DNA of 64,000 nucleotides from contig NC_087245.1 in assembly GCF_037042905.1 (NCBI RefSeq), positions 38,440,001 through 38,504,000 of the forward strand, in the 5' to 3' direction. The notes under the pieces were generated by a model. It did not search any database, was not told where the DNA came from, and saw only the letters and a program-made list of their open reading frames with translations. Numbering within the stretch: position 1 is the first letter of the stretch; each line of letters begins with the position of its first letter. Shown here piece by piece: positions 24,499 to 36,474 of the stretch. The DNA is from Lytechinus pictus. Its lineage: Eukaryota. A program made the position numbers and the translations under genes.

Positions 24499-27099
24499 TA
24501 TATTCATACGCAGTAAGGCTGATTTACCTAAATCAGAAGTTTCCTCGTCATGGATTAGAAAGTTAAAGCTCTTTGTTATCGTTCTCATCATTATCGTCAT
24601 CATCATCATCATCACCACCACCATCATCGTCATCACCACCCTCATCATTATCATCATTCCCTTTATCATAAATATCAAAATCATTAGCATTCCTTTTGGC
24701 GGATAGAATAACATACCTCTTTGAAAAGTTGCATATAAAAAGTTTTAAAATTCCACTAGGATTAAAATCATAGTATTGTATTTTTATTTATCAATTTCAA
24801 TTGATATTTCCTTGATTATCTAACTAAAAATAAGGAATAATAATAAAAGAAATCGTTTAGACAGAAGTTTTGTATATTTAAGTTTTTATTCAAAAAACAC
24901 AACAAAAATTACAATATTTATTAAGGATTTACAAGATCAAAACATAAAATCAAGGAACATACAAGAAAAAAAGGGCAGTTTAAAAGTAAACAAGATAAAA
25001 CTTTCAAATGAGACTCCGAGACGGAATTACTTACGGATCTACCTACTGAAAAAAATTATTAAGAACTCAGATCTCTAAAAATATATTTTTATCCTTATCG
25101 TGTTACTACTATTCCTTTAGGGGTGAATAGCTTAATAGAACAGAAAAAAACTTTCCCCTCCCACCGTGCCATATACCAGGCATATACTTATTTCTACTTC
25201 ACTTACTTTTACTTTTATCCAACGATGCTTATTGTAGGACTGTCACTATGCCTGTTCATCGGTCCTAGGGAATAAACTGTATGCTCCACACTATCAGTTT
25301 CAATTAGTTGCATGTGGCAAGATATAAAATCCATTACTCAAAGTCATACACAAAAGCAATATCCTTAAACATAATAGTAGGCTATATAAAAAGGTCAGCA
25401 AGGCGATCTAGTATTGAATATCTTATAGTAAGCTAAAATGCAACTTTAACACATTCACTGATGACTCGAATCGAACAGGGTAAAGTATAAATGCAAGGTT
25501 TCATGACATTTACTCCGGCGACAATTGCTCCAATGGAAAATCTGCTCGTAAAACATAAAAGCCTAACTCCAAAAACTAAATAAACCCTCATCCTTATAGT
25601 TACATCGTTCTGAACCAAAAACTCTATTACTATCCTAAATGTACAATGCCCTCTAAAATATTAAGGCCGGAGAAAATAGACCTACAAAAATCCAACTGAC
25701 CACTCATTGTTAGAATGTAACACCACTTGTCACTAAGGATGGATGGATGCATGCAGGTCTGTTTATACAATAACTATACTTGGTTTGAGAGGTGGATGCG
25801 GGGACCAATGAGGATGTGTGTGTGGACGTGCGGGTGTGTATGTGTGTGTCTGTACGTGGTATGAAAGGATGTGTAAGAGTTTGTGTGTGGGTGTATGTGT
25901 GTGTGAAATTGGGTGAGGATGTGTGTGTGTGTGGAGTGTATGGTGTGGTTGGTGAACAGGGATGTATTGTGTCAATATAGCTCGACTTGGCACCGGTATA
26001 AAATATTAATTATAGAAAACCTAATATTTTTCAGTTAAAATCACAGCAATACATTTCAATTCCAATTTAAAAAATACATAAAAATGTCCATTATTATGAC
26101 ATGTAAAACATTTTATTTTCATTCTGTAGTTATATGACTATAAATAAATAATGCAATGAAAAACAGTCCAAAACGTCAATGAAAACAAAGTTTTGCAGAA
26201 ATAATAACTGATAAAATCTCTTGATACTTTTGTTGGGACACGTTAGAGCAATAGTTTGTATTTTTTTTAAGTAAAAAGGTGAAATTTCACTACAAATTTG
26301 GAAAATTCTTTATATCATGAAAATTTAGTAAACATTCTTCTTTATACCTGATACTGCACTGTAAATTTATTCAACATAATGTCGACAGTTATGACAGTAT
26401 AACTTCAGCCAACAGGTTTTCAGCCTATCAAATGTTTTGAAGTCCATGTACGCCTTATCTTAAACATTTCAAATATATGATATGATAATATAATACAATC
26501 CTATATAGTACAAAATATTCACCAGCAATGAAATAACTGTTTTTTCCATATCACTACATATTTATTTAAACTAATGACATTTTTGTGCCATTGGGGTATA
26601 GATTTGTGGATTAAATACTTTCATATTGCTTATTATTTTTCTGTATACATTTATGTCTAATCTACTCCCAACCGTGCATACAAAAAAATATTTTCAAACA
26701 ATATTATTGTGATATTTACAATATTATTATACATTTATACAGAGAACGGAAGGCGTGTATTCTCTGAAAGGCTACATTGCACATCATAATTGAAGGTGAA
26801 GAGAACATTGAAGAGTAATGATGAGAAAAGGGACTTGGTAGAAAGTAGAGAAGGCTGAATCACCCATAGACTTATTGCAACAAAATAAGATATTGGCAGG
26901 ATATTAGTTACAATGTATAAATACATGTATATTTACAACCGTGTTATACTGGAAACATTTTAACTGAAATAATAGTAGATGAAGGTTCCGCCCCTAGGAA
27001 CAGTGTAATGATAACAAAATATCAATTGTGTTGTGGCGACACCTTGTATTCATATTTAAATATCCATTATGTATTGAGAACCACCAAACTGATATCTGT

Positions 27100-28245
27100 T
27101 TAAGAGTCTGAATCGTCGAAAAAGCAGTTCAAATTTCTCTTACACTTGTTTATTTCGAGTTGTGTCCCACTTAAACGTTTGTTGCTTTTCTTTGAAGGTG
27201 TGGTTGGTGGGTTGGGTCTTTGGGACGGGAACTTACTTGGGGTGCTATCCCCACGATCACAGTGCACTTTTATGGCAGGTTCTTTAAAAGGCACTACAGG
27301 TTGTTCATTGTTTGAATTTCGAAAAGGTAAGGCATTATTTATTTTTCTAAGAGCTCTGAGCGAATAATAAACGTAGGCAAAAAGAATACACAAAGGCACC
27401 AAAACCACAAATACGTAATATGAGGAGCTCGGTATTACACTAATATTGTCATCTCGTCGCGTTATATACGAATTATTTTTATTATTTGGCTTTTTATCGT
27501 CAGTTAGATTCCTAACCATGATAACCTTGTTTTGAAGATCCTGACATGTCTGATTGATGAACCCTTTCATAGGATGGCTAGTTAGATCACTAGGACTGGT
27601 ACAGACTGGAGAATCGATGATGTTACAGAATGGGGACACTCGGAGACATCCTGAACGAAAAGGCTGTAAAGAACAATCACACACCCATGGATTACCCTCT
27701 AAGTACAACATCTCAACATGACTGAACCAGGTTTCATTGCCGAGATGCTGTAACCCGTTCTCACGTAAATCCAACCTCTCAATATGTGGAAGAGAAAAAA
27801 CATTGCCATGAATGTCCATCAACCTGTTCCCAGACAAATCAAGTTTTCTCAATTCTAACAGATTGATAAAATGGTTGGATTCAACGGTTTCTAACAAATT
27901 GTCCGATAAATCTAAGAAGATCAACGATGACTCGTCCATGAATATGTCTCTGGGTAGAGTCACTAGTTTGTTCATGCGGAGGTTAAGATATGTAAGATTC
28001 CATAAATGTTGGAAGGTGGTATTGCTTAAGTTAACAAGGTAATTCCACGAAAGATCGATGCGCCTTAGTGCCGGTGCTTGTTGAAATGTTGTCTCTTCTA
28101 CAGCTACCAGGTAGTTCCGTCCAAGGTAGATGTTCTGGAGGTTATCTGAGCCATTGAGTGCAAACTGGCTTAAGGTATTTATGTTGTTATACATCAAGTC
28201 TATGGTCTCCAGTTGTGGTGCTCCAGTAAAAGTGTTTGCACTTAC
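27100..28245 (-). CDS. LRR transmembrane receptor copy 4 (divergent paralog), coding exon 2
   Basis: Acceptor ccttttcgtag|GTA at 28246-28248; VSANTFTGAPQLETIDLMYNN aligns to IEANTFIGAPQLKSIKLLYNN; LRRCT NPWVCDC...VCTSP...C; TM YYVFVVLVPLCILFAYVYY; stop TAA 27100. Confidence 0.9.
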   Translation of the reverse strand, partial: VSANTFTGAPQLETIDLMYNNINTLSQFALNGSDNLQNIYLGRNYLVAVEETTFQQAPALRRIDLSWNYLVNLSNTTFQHLWNLTYLNLRMNKLVTLPRDIFMDESSLIFLDLSDNLLETVESNHFINLLELRKLDLSGNRLMDIHGNVFSLPHIERLDLRENGLQHLGNETWFSHVEMLYLEGNPWVCDCSLQPFRSGCLRVSPFCNIIDSPVCTSPSDLTSHPMKGFINQTCQDLQNKVIMVRNLTDDKKPNNKNNSYITRRDDNISVIPSSSYYVFVVLVPLCILFAYVYYSLRALRKINNALPFRNSNNEQPVVPFKEPAIKVHCDRGDSTPSKFPSQRPNPPTTPSKKSNKRLSGTQLEINKCKRNLNCFFDDSDS

Positions 28246-28915
28246 CTACGAAAAGGACAATAAAATAATACAAAAACAGTCATATTTTCACTGCAAATGG
28301 ACAGGGCAGGTAGACATACTTAGTCCACCGTGTTTAGTTAACACATGGCTTAACGTAATCCCGGTATAGCTTTAGTCCCCTTTTGTGAATTCGGGCCACT
28401 AGTATAAAAAATAGATGTATTGAATTTCAATTGATTTACTCAATATCTTTCATATCTCGGACTTCGACAAAGCTAATTATCACGTATGACATATCAATTT
28501 GACGTAAATATTAAAATTAAAATTATCAAAACTTCTGTGAGCTTTAATCTTTCATTACAATAACTGTTTGACTTACAGTATGTCAGTAACAATCTAAAGC
28601 CTCAAGTCTCTGTAATTGCATGTATCACATTAACGTAATGAGCTGAAATGTAGAGGGGCAGACAAATGGGGTAGGGGGAAGTTTCTAAAATGTTGCGAGC
28701 GAAGCGAGCGAGTACATTTTTTGAAATCTTTTCAAAACAAAAAATAATTTGTCTAAACTATACACAAACATTTCTTTGTGAGTTGTGGGGGTAATTAAAA
28801 TTGCATCACGAAATGCATGTATTTGTTTTAAAGCCACATTGTATGAACCTTATTTTGCTAAAATAATTTTGCCTTGTTTAACTTCTTGATGTCGTATGAT
28901 TTAGTTTGAACTTAC

Positions 28916-29233
28916 TTTGGATATCTGGTTATGAGATAGAACGAGCTTCGTCAATAATGTAAAGCCTACAAATGTAGCTGGTGTTAGCTCGGTAATCAAA
29001 CGTTCACGAAGCGACAGGTTCCTCACTTGCTTGCATCCATTAGGAATAGATATCGGAAGTGTCTCCCTACAGTTTGGAATCTGGTGGAGGTACGAACACT
29101 CCTCAGCCCACGTCAGCAGTATCCCATTTGAAAACAAGAGAAGTATAAGCAATACTCTGGTCAGGATAGTCAATGAAAACTCAGCAAATGTAGCCCTGTA
29201 CATCGTCATGATTTCTGGAATATTTTTGTCCAT
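28916..29233 (-). CDS. LRR transmembrane receptor copy 4, coding exon 1 (start codon uncertain: 29233, 29209 or 29203)
   Basis: Hydrophobic leader VLLILLLFSNGILLTWA, shortened Cys cap, LSLRERLI and LVLSHNQISK; donor GTAAGT at 28915-28910, same LRR position and phase as the other copies. Confidence 0.82.
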
Positions 29234-31542
29234 TTCCTCGCTGACTTGTACGGATCGAAACCAGGAGAACACTATTTCGATTGGCAAAATTGCATGATCA
29301 ATAATGTAACTTTATTGCCGCGCGTGCGATATTCGCATTTCTTAGCGGAGTTCGTATTTCGCGGTATTGCCATTTCGCGGGGAAAAGGCATATCGATAGC
29401 CCGTTTATTGTCATAAGTGTCTTTTGCGATTGGTTCATATTAATAGTAACCAATCACGTTGCAGAACTGATAAACGGTACAAAGTTCATTCTACAAGCAC
29501 GTCATTCAGGACTGGTGTGCAGGAGGTGAATTCCATGAGGGGTGAATTGCCATGTTCCAGATGTTGACATCCATTTTAAAAAAAAGACTTATTGTATCAT
29601 AACCATTGTTGTGACATTGATTTATTTCATTTACCATTAACATAATAGTAGGAATATACATGAACATGTAAACGGTATTGGGCTTGACTTCATTCATCAA
29701 AATCGTTAAACGATAACAAATAAAATCAATCTATAAGCCATACAGTCTTAGCGACTGTATATACAGTCTTAGCGACTGTATACTGAATCTTATTTAAAAC
29801 TCAATCGTATCATTGGTAACCCAATAATTTTTTTTTCACTTCTGTATGCGATATTGATGGCCTTAAAATAATTGTTATTAAGTAATCTTGAGTCACGAGT
29901 CTGGAGCGTCACCGAACAATATGAGCGCGACCTCTAAATAATTATAATGATTTATTATCATTAAGTTGGTAGAATCTCGAAAAGGATTGTTCAAATTAAC
30001 CAGTCTGTTTGGTGAATTTGTCTCCGACAGAAAAAAAGGCCAAAATCAACCTAAAATCAGATTGCTTTCTATGTTGTTGGTATTATCATTATTACATCGA
30101 ACAATATAGCTTCATTCTTTTTATTGTAGACAGGTTAACTATCCCACATTGCACTATGTATAAAGAGAAAGAGCGCCACTTCACGTTGTAGGGCAGCGCC
30201 AATGAGAATCGCACTTCTGTTTACAACTAGAGTATATAGATATAACCAAGGGTGGTTATACAGGGGAGGGGCAGGGGGGACCGCACCTATGTTTCCTCAA
30301 GTAATAACAAAAAACAATAAGGTGAGGAAAGGAAAAGGGGGAAAAAGACCCCCTTTCTCACTTTCAAGGGAGAGATGGAATACAGGAATGATAGAGAAAG
30401 GCGTCTATTTACTTAATATTATCTCTACAATACACCTATTTCTGCGCCCCTCTATACACAAAGTACCCTGATCTCACCCTTGGTTTTAATCAAGACCCCC
30501 CCCCCCCCCATGCAGTCATCTTTGTCACAACAATGCGTCTTTTGACATGTAAGGACGGAAACCACCTATATCAGCCAAATCAATAAAAAGATGTTAACCA
30601 GCTGTATTATAAAATTTTCATCAATATTGTCAACAAGTTGATAGGCCTAAATACAACCACAGGTGCAGCATCGTATGGGAGTTGGAGGGTACCGCCCGTA
30701 TGATTTTTTTTCAAGTATTGAAAAATAGAGAAAATGAGGCCTTAAACTAGGGGCAGCAACACAGAGAAAATGGAGGGTACTTGCCGGTATGATTTTTTAA
30801 GTAATGAAAAAGGGGGATAAAATGGAAGAATAACAGAAAGAATAGTAACAAAAAAAGAGGTCTGTGCCTTATAACTAGCAAATCAATTTAATATTATAAT
30901 TCTATTGAGCAAAATATAAATTATGACGTAATCATTCTGTCGTCTTGCCCCCCCCCAAAAAAAAAAAATATCCTGGCGCTGCCCCTACTTGCAATGGAAA
31001 TATCACTGGTTATCTTCACAAACAACACACACTACCAACATCTACAAAATGTCAATTCATTACGAAGATAGAAAACATTTCATATTCAAAACTTTTATAC
31101 ACCTGTATACACCAATAAGAATCCCAACTTTAAATTTCAAAAGTATAAAAGCACAAATTCACCTCCCAAACGTTTTATTTCACATTTAGCGTAGTTATAT
31201 ACAGTAGAGGCAATTAGTTTGCGCACTATCCTCAAAGTTACCGCAAAGAACCCCAATCTATAATATAAACGTGATTAATATTAATGCATTACAACCACAG
31301 CTGAATCGCATTTGATAAATCACATTTGAAAAAAAATCATTGAAACTCCTTTATTTATTTACAACGCTATGGTACACAGCGATCCATAATTTAGAGGTAG
31401 TACACCGTGTTGGAAATTGAAAATTTATTCTGAGAATGTTTTGTTTTCCATTTCAAATAATTCCTCTAATTAAAAGCTAATTTCGAATTCGTAAAATGTC
31501 GATAATAACAAACAATGAATCGAAATTTACGCAAACCTCAAT

Positions 31543-31856
31543 GGCCCGTATTCTGATAGCAGGTTTATCTTAAACTCAGCTTTAAGGTTGTGGTTTAAGT
31601 ATGGATAGCCAATTGTTACATAAATCACTAACAGTATAGAGGTATCATACTTCAGCTCACTTGGCTCTCAAATCATTCATGATCGTCTAGGAAGTATAAA
31701 TAGATGATTGTCTTCACCATCGATGAATCAGGAAAGAGCACAGTAAACACAAGAAACATACAACTTAATAAAAATTATGATACTTTTGGCTTCCCATACT
31801 TAAACTACAACTTTAAACCTGAGTTTAAGTTAAACCTGACTTCAGAATACGGGCCA
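31543..31856. mobile_element. MITE (ggcccgtattctga family)
   Basis: TIR ggcccgtattctga / tcagaatacgggcc; second copy at 41428-41738. Confidence 0.85.
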
Positions 31857-32470
31857 ATAAGTTCAAACTGCCAAACTGAAACACCCGTGTTTTTCAACAC
31901 ATCAAAACCAAGGAAAGCTGTGAGATGTCAATGATAAAACACCTCTCTGATATTTGTCAGGTTCTTCTCACAAAACACCAATCAACGCCCCGAATGCGTT
32001 TCTCAATAAACTTGCAAAAATGTCTTCCTTTTCCAACACCGTGCAATACCCAACGAATAAGAATTATCATGATTATTGTCTCTAAGCTTCGACTCCCTAT
32101 TATATCAAGGTGAGAAAAACACAGTCAAAGCAAAAACTTATTAACACTTTACAAGTATCTTTTGATAATCATATGAGAAAACCCTTGCAAGGTGATGTAA
32201 GTGTTTTTTTTTTGAGGGGGGGGGGGGGCGTTTAGGAGCAATTTCAATTTATTTAAAATTCCAGTAATAAAATCACCTTTTCACACTTATTGAATAGAAA
32301 TGTTCGGCAAATATTACATTACCTTTAAGGGTTTGTTTTGATAAGAAATAAACCAAAATTCACACTCAAGTATAAATACACCACTATCCCATTAAAACCT
32401 ATTATGACACACATCCACAAAATCCACTTCACGCGTGCACACACACACACACACAAGCCCTCACTCCACA

Positions 32471-32506
<36 letters not shown>

Positions 32507-32599
32507 GCACGCACGTACATTCGTTGCAATTTTTTGTCTTAGTCCTATCTGAACCTGTCACAGCTCTACGGAATAATGAAACAAATGTTTAACGAACCC

Positions 32600-32768
32600 T
32601 AATATCTCAGTCAGATTTGCTCTACGGCGGCGGCTGTACGGAGAGTCGAAAACAGCCGTTTTATTCATTTTTCTTCAAACCACCTAAATGAAGCTATACA
32701 AAAAATGTTAAAACGCCTGTTTTCGACTCGCCATGCGGCTGCCGTAGAGCAACCGTGACTGAGGTATT
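32600..32768. mobile_element. Palindromic MITE
   Basis: aatatctcagtcagatttgctctacggc / gccgtagagcaaccgtgactgaggtatt. Confidence 0.7.
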
Positions 32769-33807
32769 AGAATGCTCGTCACACCAGCGAATCCAATTTC
32801 AATCCGATCGATAATAACCCATTCGAAATAATTTAGTTAAGCTTTCACATGTGTCAATGGTTTCGTTGGACTGGCTGTATAACGTTAAAAAAATGTCCAC
32901 GCTGATGCTCTCTCTGTTGGTAAAAAAGGAAAAAGAAATGTCCGCTTGAATGTCTAATGCTTTACGACGACACTATGGCACAAGAATGAAGTTGAGTTGA
33001 AATTGCACTTGCCAGAAAGCGAATTGAATTGGAAAAAAAACTCTCCGGTCAGATTTAACTCGAAAATCATCCGTTGGGGGGGGGAACTCCTTTTCCAATG
33101 GCGAGTTGAATAATGACGGAATTATGTCCGGGAATAAGGTCCGATGTTACCATCTCCGCATCAGATCTGCTCCTTTCGGGGTCACATCAGGCGATGTTTC
33201 ATGAAAGTTGTCAGCACTGATTAAATTGTTAACGCTGACAGTTTCAGTAAAATCCTTGGTGTTGATTGGCTCAGAAGCATTGCCCTCTGAGACTGTTCCA
33301 ATTGTCACTGTCTTATAAGTGCTTACAACTTTCATGAGTCCCAAGACCTCATTCCGGGCCAGAGTGTGGCCTCAACCGATTAATAAAATATAATGTTTAG
33401 AGCCATATAGGATACCGATCCGACCCCGTGATCAATATAAGACTGGCTTGCTATACTGACTTATCAACCCAAAAACAACGACATATGCGATGCTGTTCAC
33501 ATTCAGAAGTAGACATAAAGTCGAACGAAAAGATATTGAGCACAGACAAAAAAATCTGTATATAAAAAATCAAAAGGTCAAGGGAAATATCAGAAGAAAG
33601 CATCATCAAGAGCAAATTGTCCATCAGGTATACACAGGTTCATACAGCCTCTTAAGCAAAACACGCACACATCTTCAGGAAACGGTGCCCTGAGGCAGTG
33701 CTGGACTAGGATGCAGAGTACGAAAATGTACTGGACCTTCATCCTGGATATAAGCCCTGGATTTAATCATGGACCTTGAAGGTTAGCGGGAACTCATGGA
33801 TGTTTTT

Positions 33808-34294
33808 TCAGAGGGTGTTGACTATATCATTAGGTTCATGGTCCCTGACCTTGTAGAACTTGACCCGGCCATGGGGAAAGTATATCTTGTACAGGTAATA
33901 GGCATCGACGATGAGGAGGATGATGAGGACGGGAATAGCCAGGAACTGCACGTACCACCAGAAGGATCGTCCACGATGAGGGCGCCTTCGGACGTGGTCA
34001 TTCCGGTCGCGAGAACCACCACCGTCGCCTTTCCCGTGGTTGTTATCGATGACGTTGTTATTGGTGTCATCGCCGGTGTCGAAGTCGTCTATCTCATTGG
34101 AGTCTGTGACGAACTCCGTCGTGTTCTCGTAAGTGACCTCGTGAACGTAATCCGTTTCTGTTTCTGTTGGTTCCGGTTTGAAGATGTCGAGTACCCCGAC
34201 GAGGAAGATGATGTCCGTCTTAGGCGGGATGACACCCCCAGCACCGGCGTCACCGTACCCGAGACGATAAGGAACAAAAATTCGTCGTGTTTGT
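33808..34294 (-). CDS. FKBP-type peptidyl-prolyl isomerase, membrane anchored; last exon
   Basis: (G)QTRRIFVPYRLGYGDAGAGGVIPPKTDIIFLVGVLDI is the FKBP C-terminal half; then acidic T/D/E/N stalk, basic patch, TM FWWYVQFLAIPVLIILLIV, short tail; acceptor tttgcag at 34297-34295, phase 2. Confidence 0.88.
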
Positions 34295-34697
34295 CTGCAA
34301 ATCAAGCACCAGAATAATTGGTCAGTCTCGTATTACAAATTTGTCATAGGCTTATATTATATTTGATGGGAGAAAAAAATGATGATACAAATAATAATGA
34401 AAAACTAAAGATAATAATGGAGATAGCGATGATGATGTTCCTACGACTACTACTAATATTAATATTAATAATGATATGATTGTTACTATTATTTGTAATA
34501 ATGACCATAACAATAATGATAATAATAATAATGACAATAATAATAATCATATTGATGATAATTACAGCCGCACCGCCCGTGAATTGACTAACCAATCACA
34601 GTAAGAAATAAATATTATCTTTTTCATGATCTTCGTTTATGCGTCTTAAAATTCCCAAGAACCCCAATTCCCCATGATCTTGTAATCAGATTCTTAC

Positions 34698-34816
34698 CCG
34701 ATACAGGCGCCGAACAATCCGAGGTTGAATCCCTGGATCAGAGAAGGACCTAGGGTCAGATTCATCGAGGTACCGGGTCTGGTTGCATCAAACGAAACGC
34801 CATCTTCAAAGGTACC
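34698..34816 (-). CDS. FKBP-type PPIase, internal exon
   Basis: GTFEDGVSFDATRPGTSMNLTLGPSLIQGFNLGLFGACIG; acceptor ttttag, donor GTAAGA at 34697; 119 nt, phases match both neighbours. Confidence 0.88.
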
Positions 34817-35208
34817 CTAAAATCATACAGAATAAAGTGACAATGACATTTTAGCGAGTTTTCGCCGCAATTACGACGGAGGTGGATTCTACAACAAAGT
34901 AAATCTATTGAAAACGCTTGTCAAATCACAATGCAAAGCTGAAAGGTCTTCGTCGAAAATTGATGATTTGGAGCAGCAGTTTCGTCCGACATTACGGAGC
35001 TGACGAAAAATTGAAAATATGTCGTTTGTCCAGAGTCACGGACGACACTGCAGTTTTGATTTACCGATTTTCGACAAAGTCTGCTTTGTCAGGAAGGGCG
35101 TTTGACAGTATATTTTCAACTTTCCGGAAAGCGTCTGCCTAGTGGTTGGGAAACTCCGTAATAGTAGCACCTTTAGCTTCGATTAAGCTTTCTGTAAGTA
35201 AGATATAC

Positions 35209-35435
35209 ACACTTAAAATGTTGGGCAATATTCTGTCCACTGTGTTGGGTAATGTATGTTGGAAAATAACATGTATATATTCTGGGCAATTGTTATCCAA
35301 TTGAGCAAATTTATTACCCAATTATTAGTTTTTATTACCCAATTTGGCAGATTTTAACCAATACTGTGTGGACAGTATGTTGCCCAGGGTTGGTTAAAAG
35401 TTGGGCATTTTTTGCCCAACAATGTTAAGAGTGTA
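35209..35435. mobile_element. Palindromic MITE, inverted relative to 1985-2210, in FKBP intron
   Basis: acacttaaaatgttgggcaa ... ttgcccaacaatgttaagagtgt. Confidence 0.75.
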
Positions 35436-35993
35436 GGCAAGCATCGCGTAGGTCTCATTAAAAATATCCTGAACTTTGATCGATGTCATACTTTTAGTAT
35501 TTAATATTGTTTGTATTGATATATTGATGAAAAACACCAAGCAAAAAATGAATAAATTCTTACAGACACTTTAAAGGGGAAAACATCTGAAAAATCATGA
35601 TCTCCTGGAGCGAATAATTAAACGCATGTTAGTGTACGGGATGAAATTATTTACGGTACCTTTGTTTCACTTTTTAAAGCACTAGGTAATGATTTCAGGA
35701 GCGATTTTTTTTTTCTGGGTTTCAATTTTATAACACATGACAGACACAGGTGACAATTTGGACCTTGCAGCTCAGATTTTTAAAAGGGAAATCAATATTA
35801 AACTATGCATTTAATTCCAAGCGCCTGGCTAAAAGAAGACATTGGTGAATAACCAAATTCAGAGAAAAACTAATTGAAAAAAATATATAACAAATGTGCG
35901 GTTACATTTTGTTTTAAATCATACTGAGGTTGAAACAAAAACATTGATATTTAATCTGCCCCAAAACCCAATAGTACTTCTTTGTGTGCTTAC

Positions 35994-36056
35994 GTTGTAT
36001 GTGAGAAGTATTGTGTCGCCCTCTTCTGCTCGCTGTGTACAATTGATGACGTCAAC
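35994..36056 (-). CDS. FKBP-type PPIase, internal exon (upstream exon(s) not located)
   Basis: VDVINCTQRAEEGDTILLTYN matches the C...GD.l...Y.G start of ER-type FKBP domains; acceptor cccttctccattacag, donor GTAAGC, 63 nt phase 0. Confidence 0.85.
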
Positions 36057-36474
36057 CTGTAATGGAGAAGGGATAAGTTGCACTCCGAATTAATAAAAAT
36101 TAAATTATTCTGTCCTTGGGTTCTCCACCTCATTTATACTCATTTGCCATCATTTTCTACAAAGCCAGCAAACTGAGAATTTCAATACATCGCAACTGAT
36201 ATTGGGAGGGACTTTGTGAGAGGGTTAGACAGTCCCGCTCACGCATGTGTGTGGGTGTGTGTGTGAGTGAATGTGTGTGTAACTGAATTGTTATAGAAGT
36301 ATATCAGTTACATATGATACGCTCTTTTGTTTTAAATGATAGTTTATTTCTTCCTCTTGATTCATGAAAACTATTGCAATAGATAATACACACCTGAAAA
36401 AAAAAAGCAATTACGCACAGACACGCATGCACCCAAATACACCCTTTTGTATTTTTAAACACACGCACACGTTG

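Larger units (their letters stand above)
16988..27184. repeat. Segmental duplication unit B (paralog of 1552-8355)
   Basis: Same colinear blocks, e.g. 23292-23990 vs 4783-5740 and 25670-27184 vs 6860-8355. Confidence 0.9.

Noticed and set aside
334-28245. Toll-like receptors
   Set aside because: All frames stop after a short tail with no TIR box motifs, and no TIR exon is visible in the window
29310-29480. E2F (TTTCGCGG) plus CCAAT cell-cycle promoter for copy 4
   Set aside because: Tempting given the tail motifs, but the CCAAT pair lies in a palindromic repeat-like segment and ttcgcg runs are typical of MITE ends; not shared by copies 1-3
33147-33344. Extra minus-strand exon downstream of FKBP
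   Set aside because: Protein-like composition and a possible donor, but no convincing acceptor and no recognisable homology
33796-34317. 173-aa plus-strand ORF
   Set aside because: Antisense shadow of the FKBP last exon; similar shadows overlie the LRR exons and the LINE
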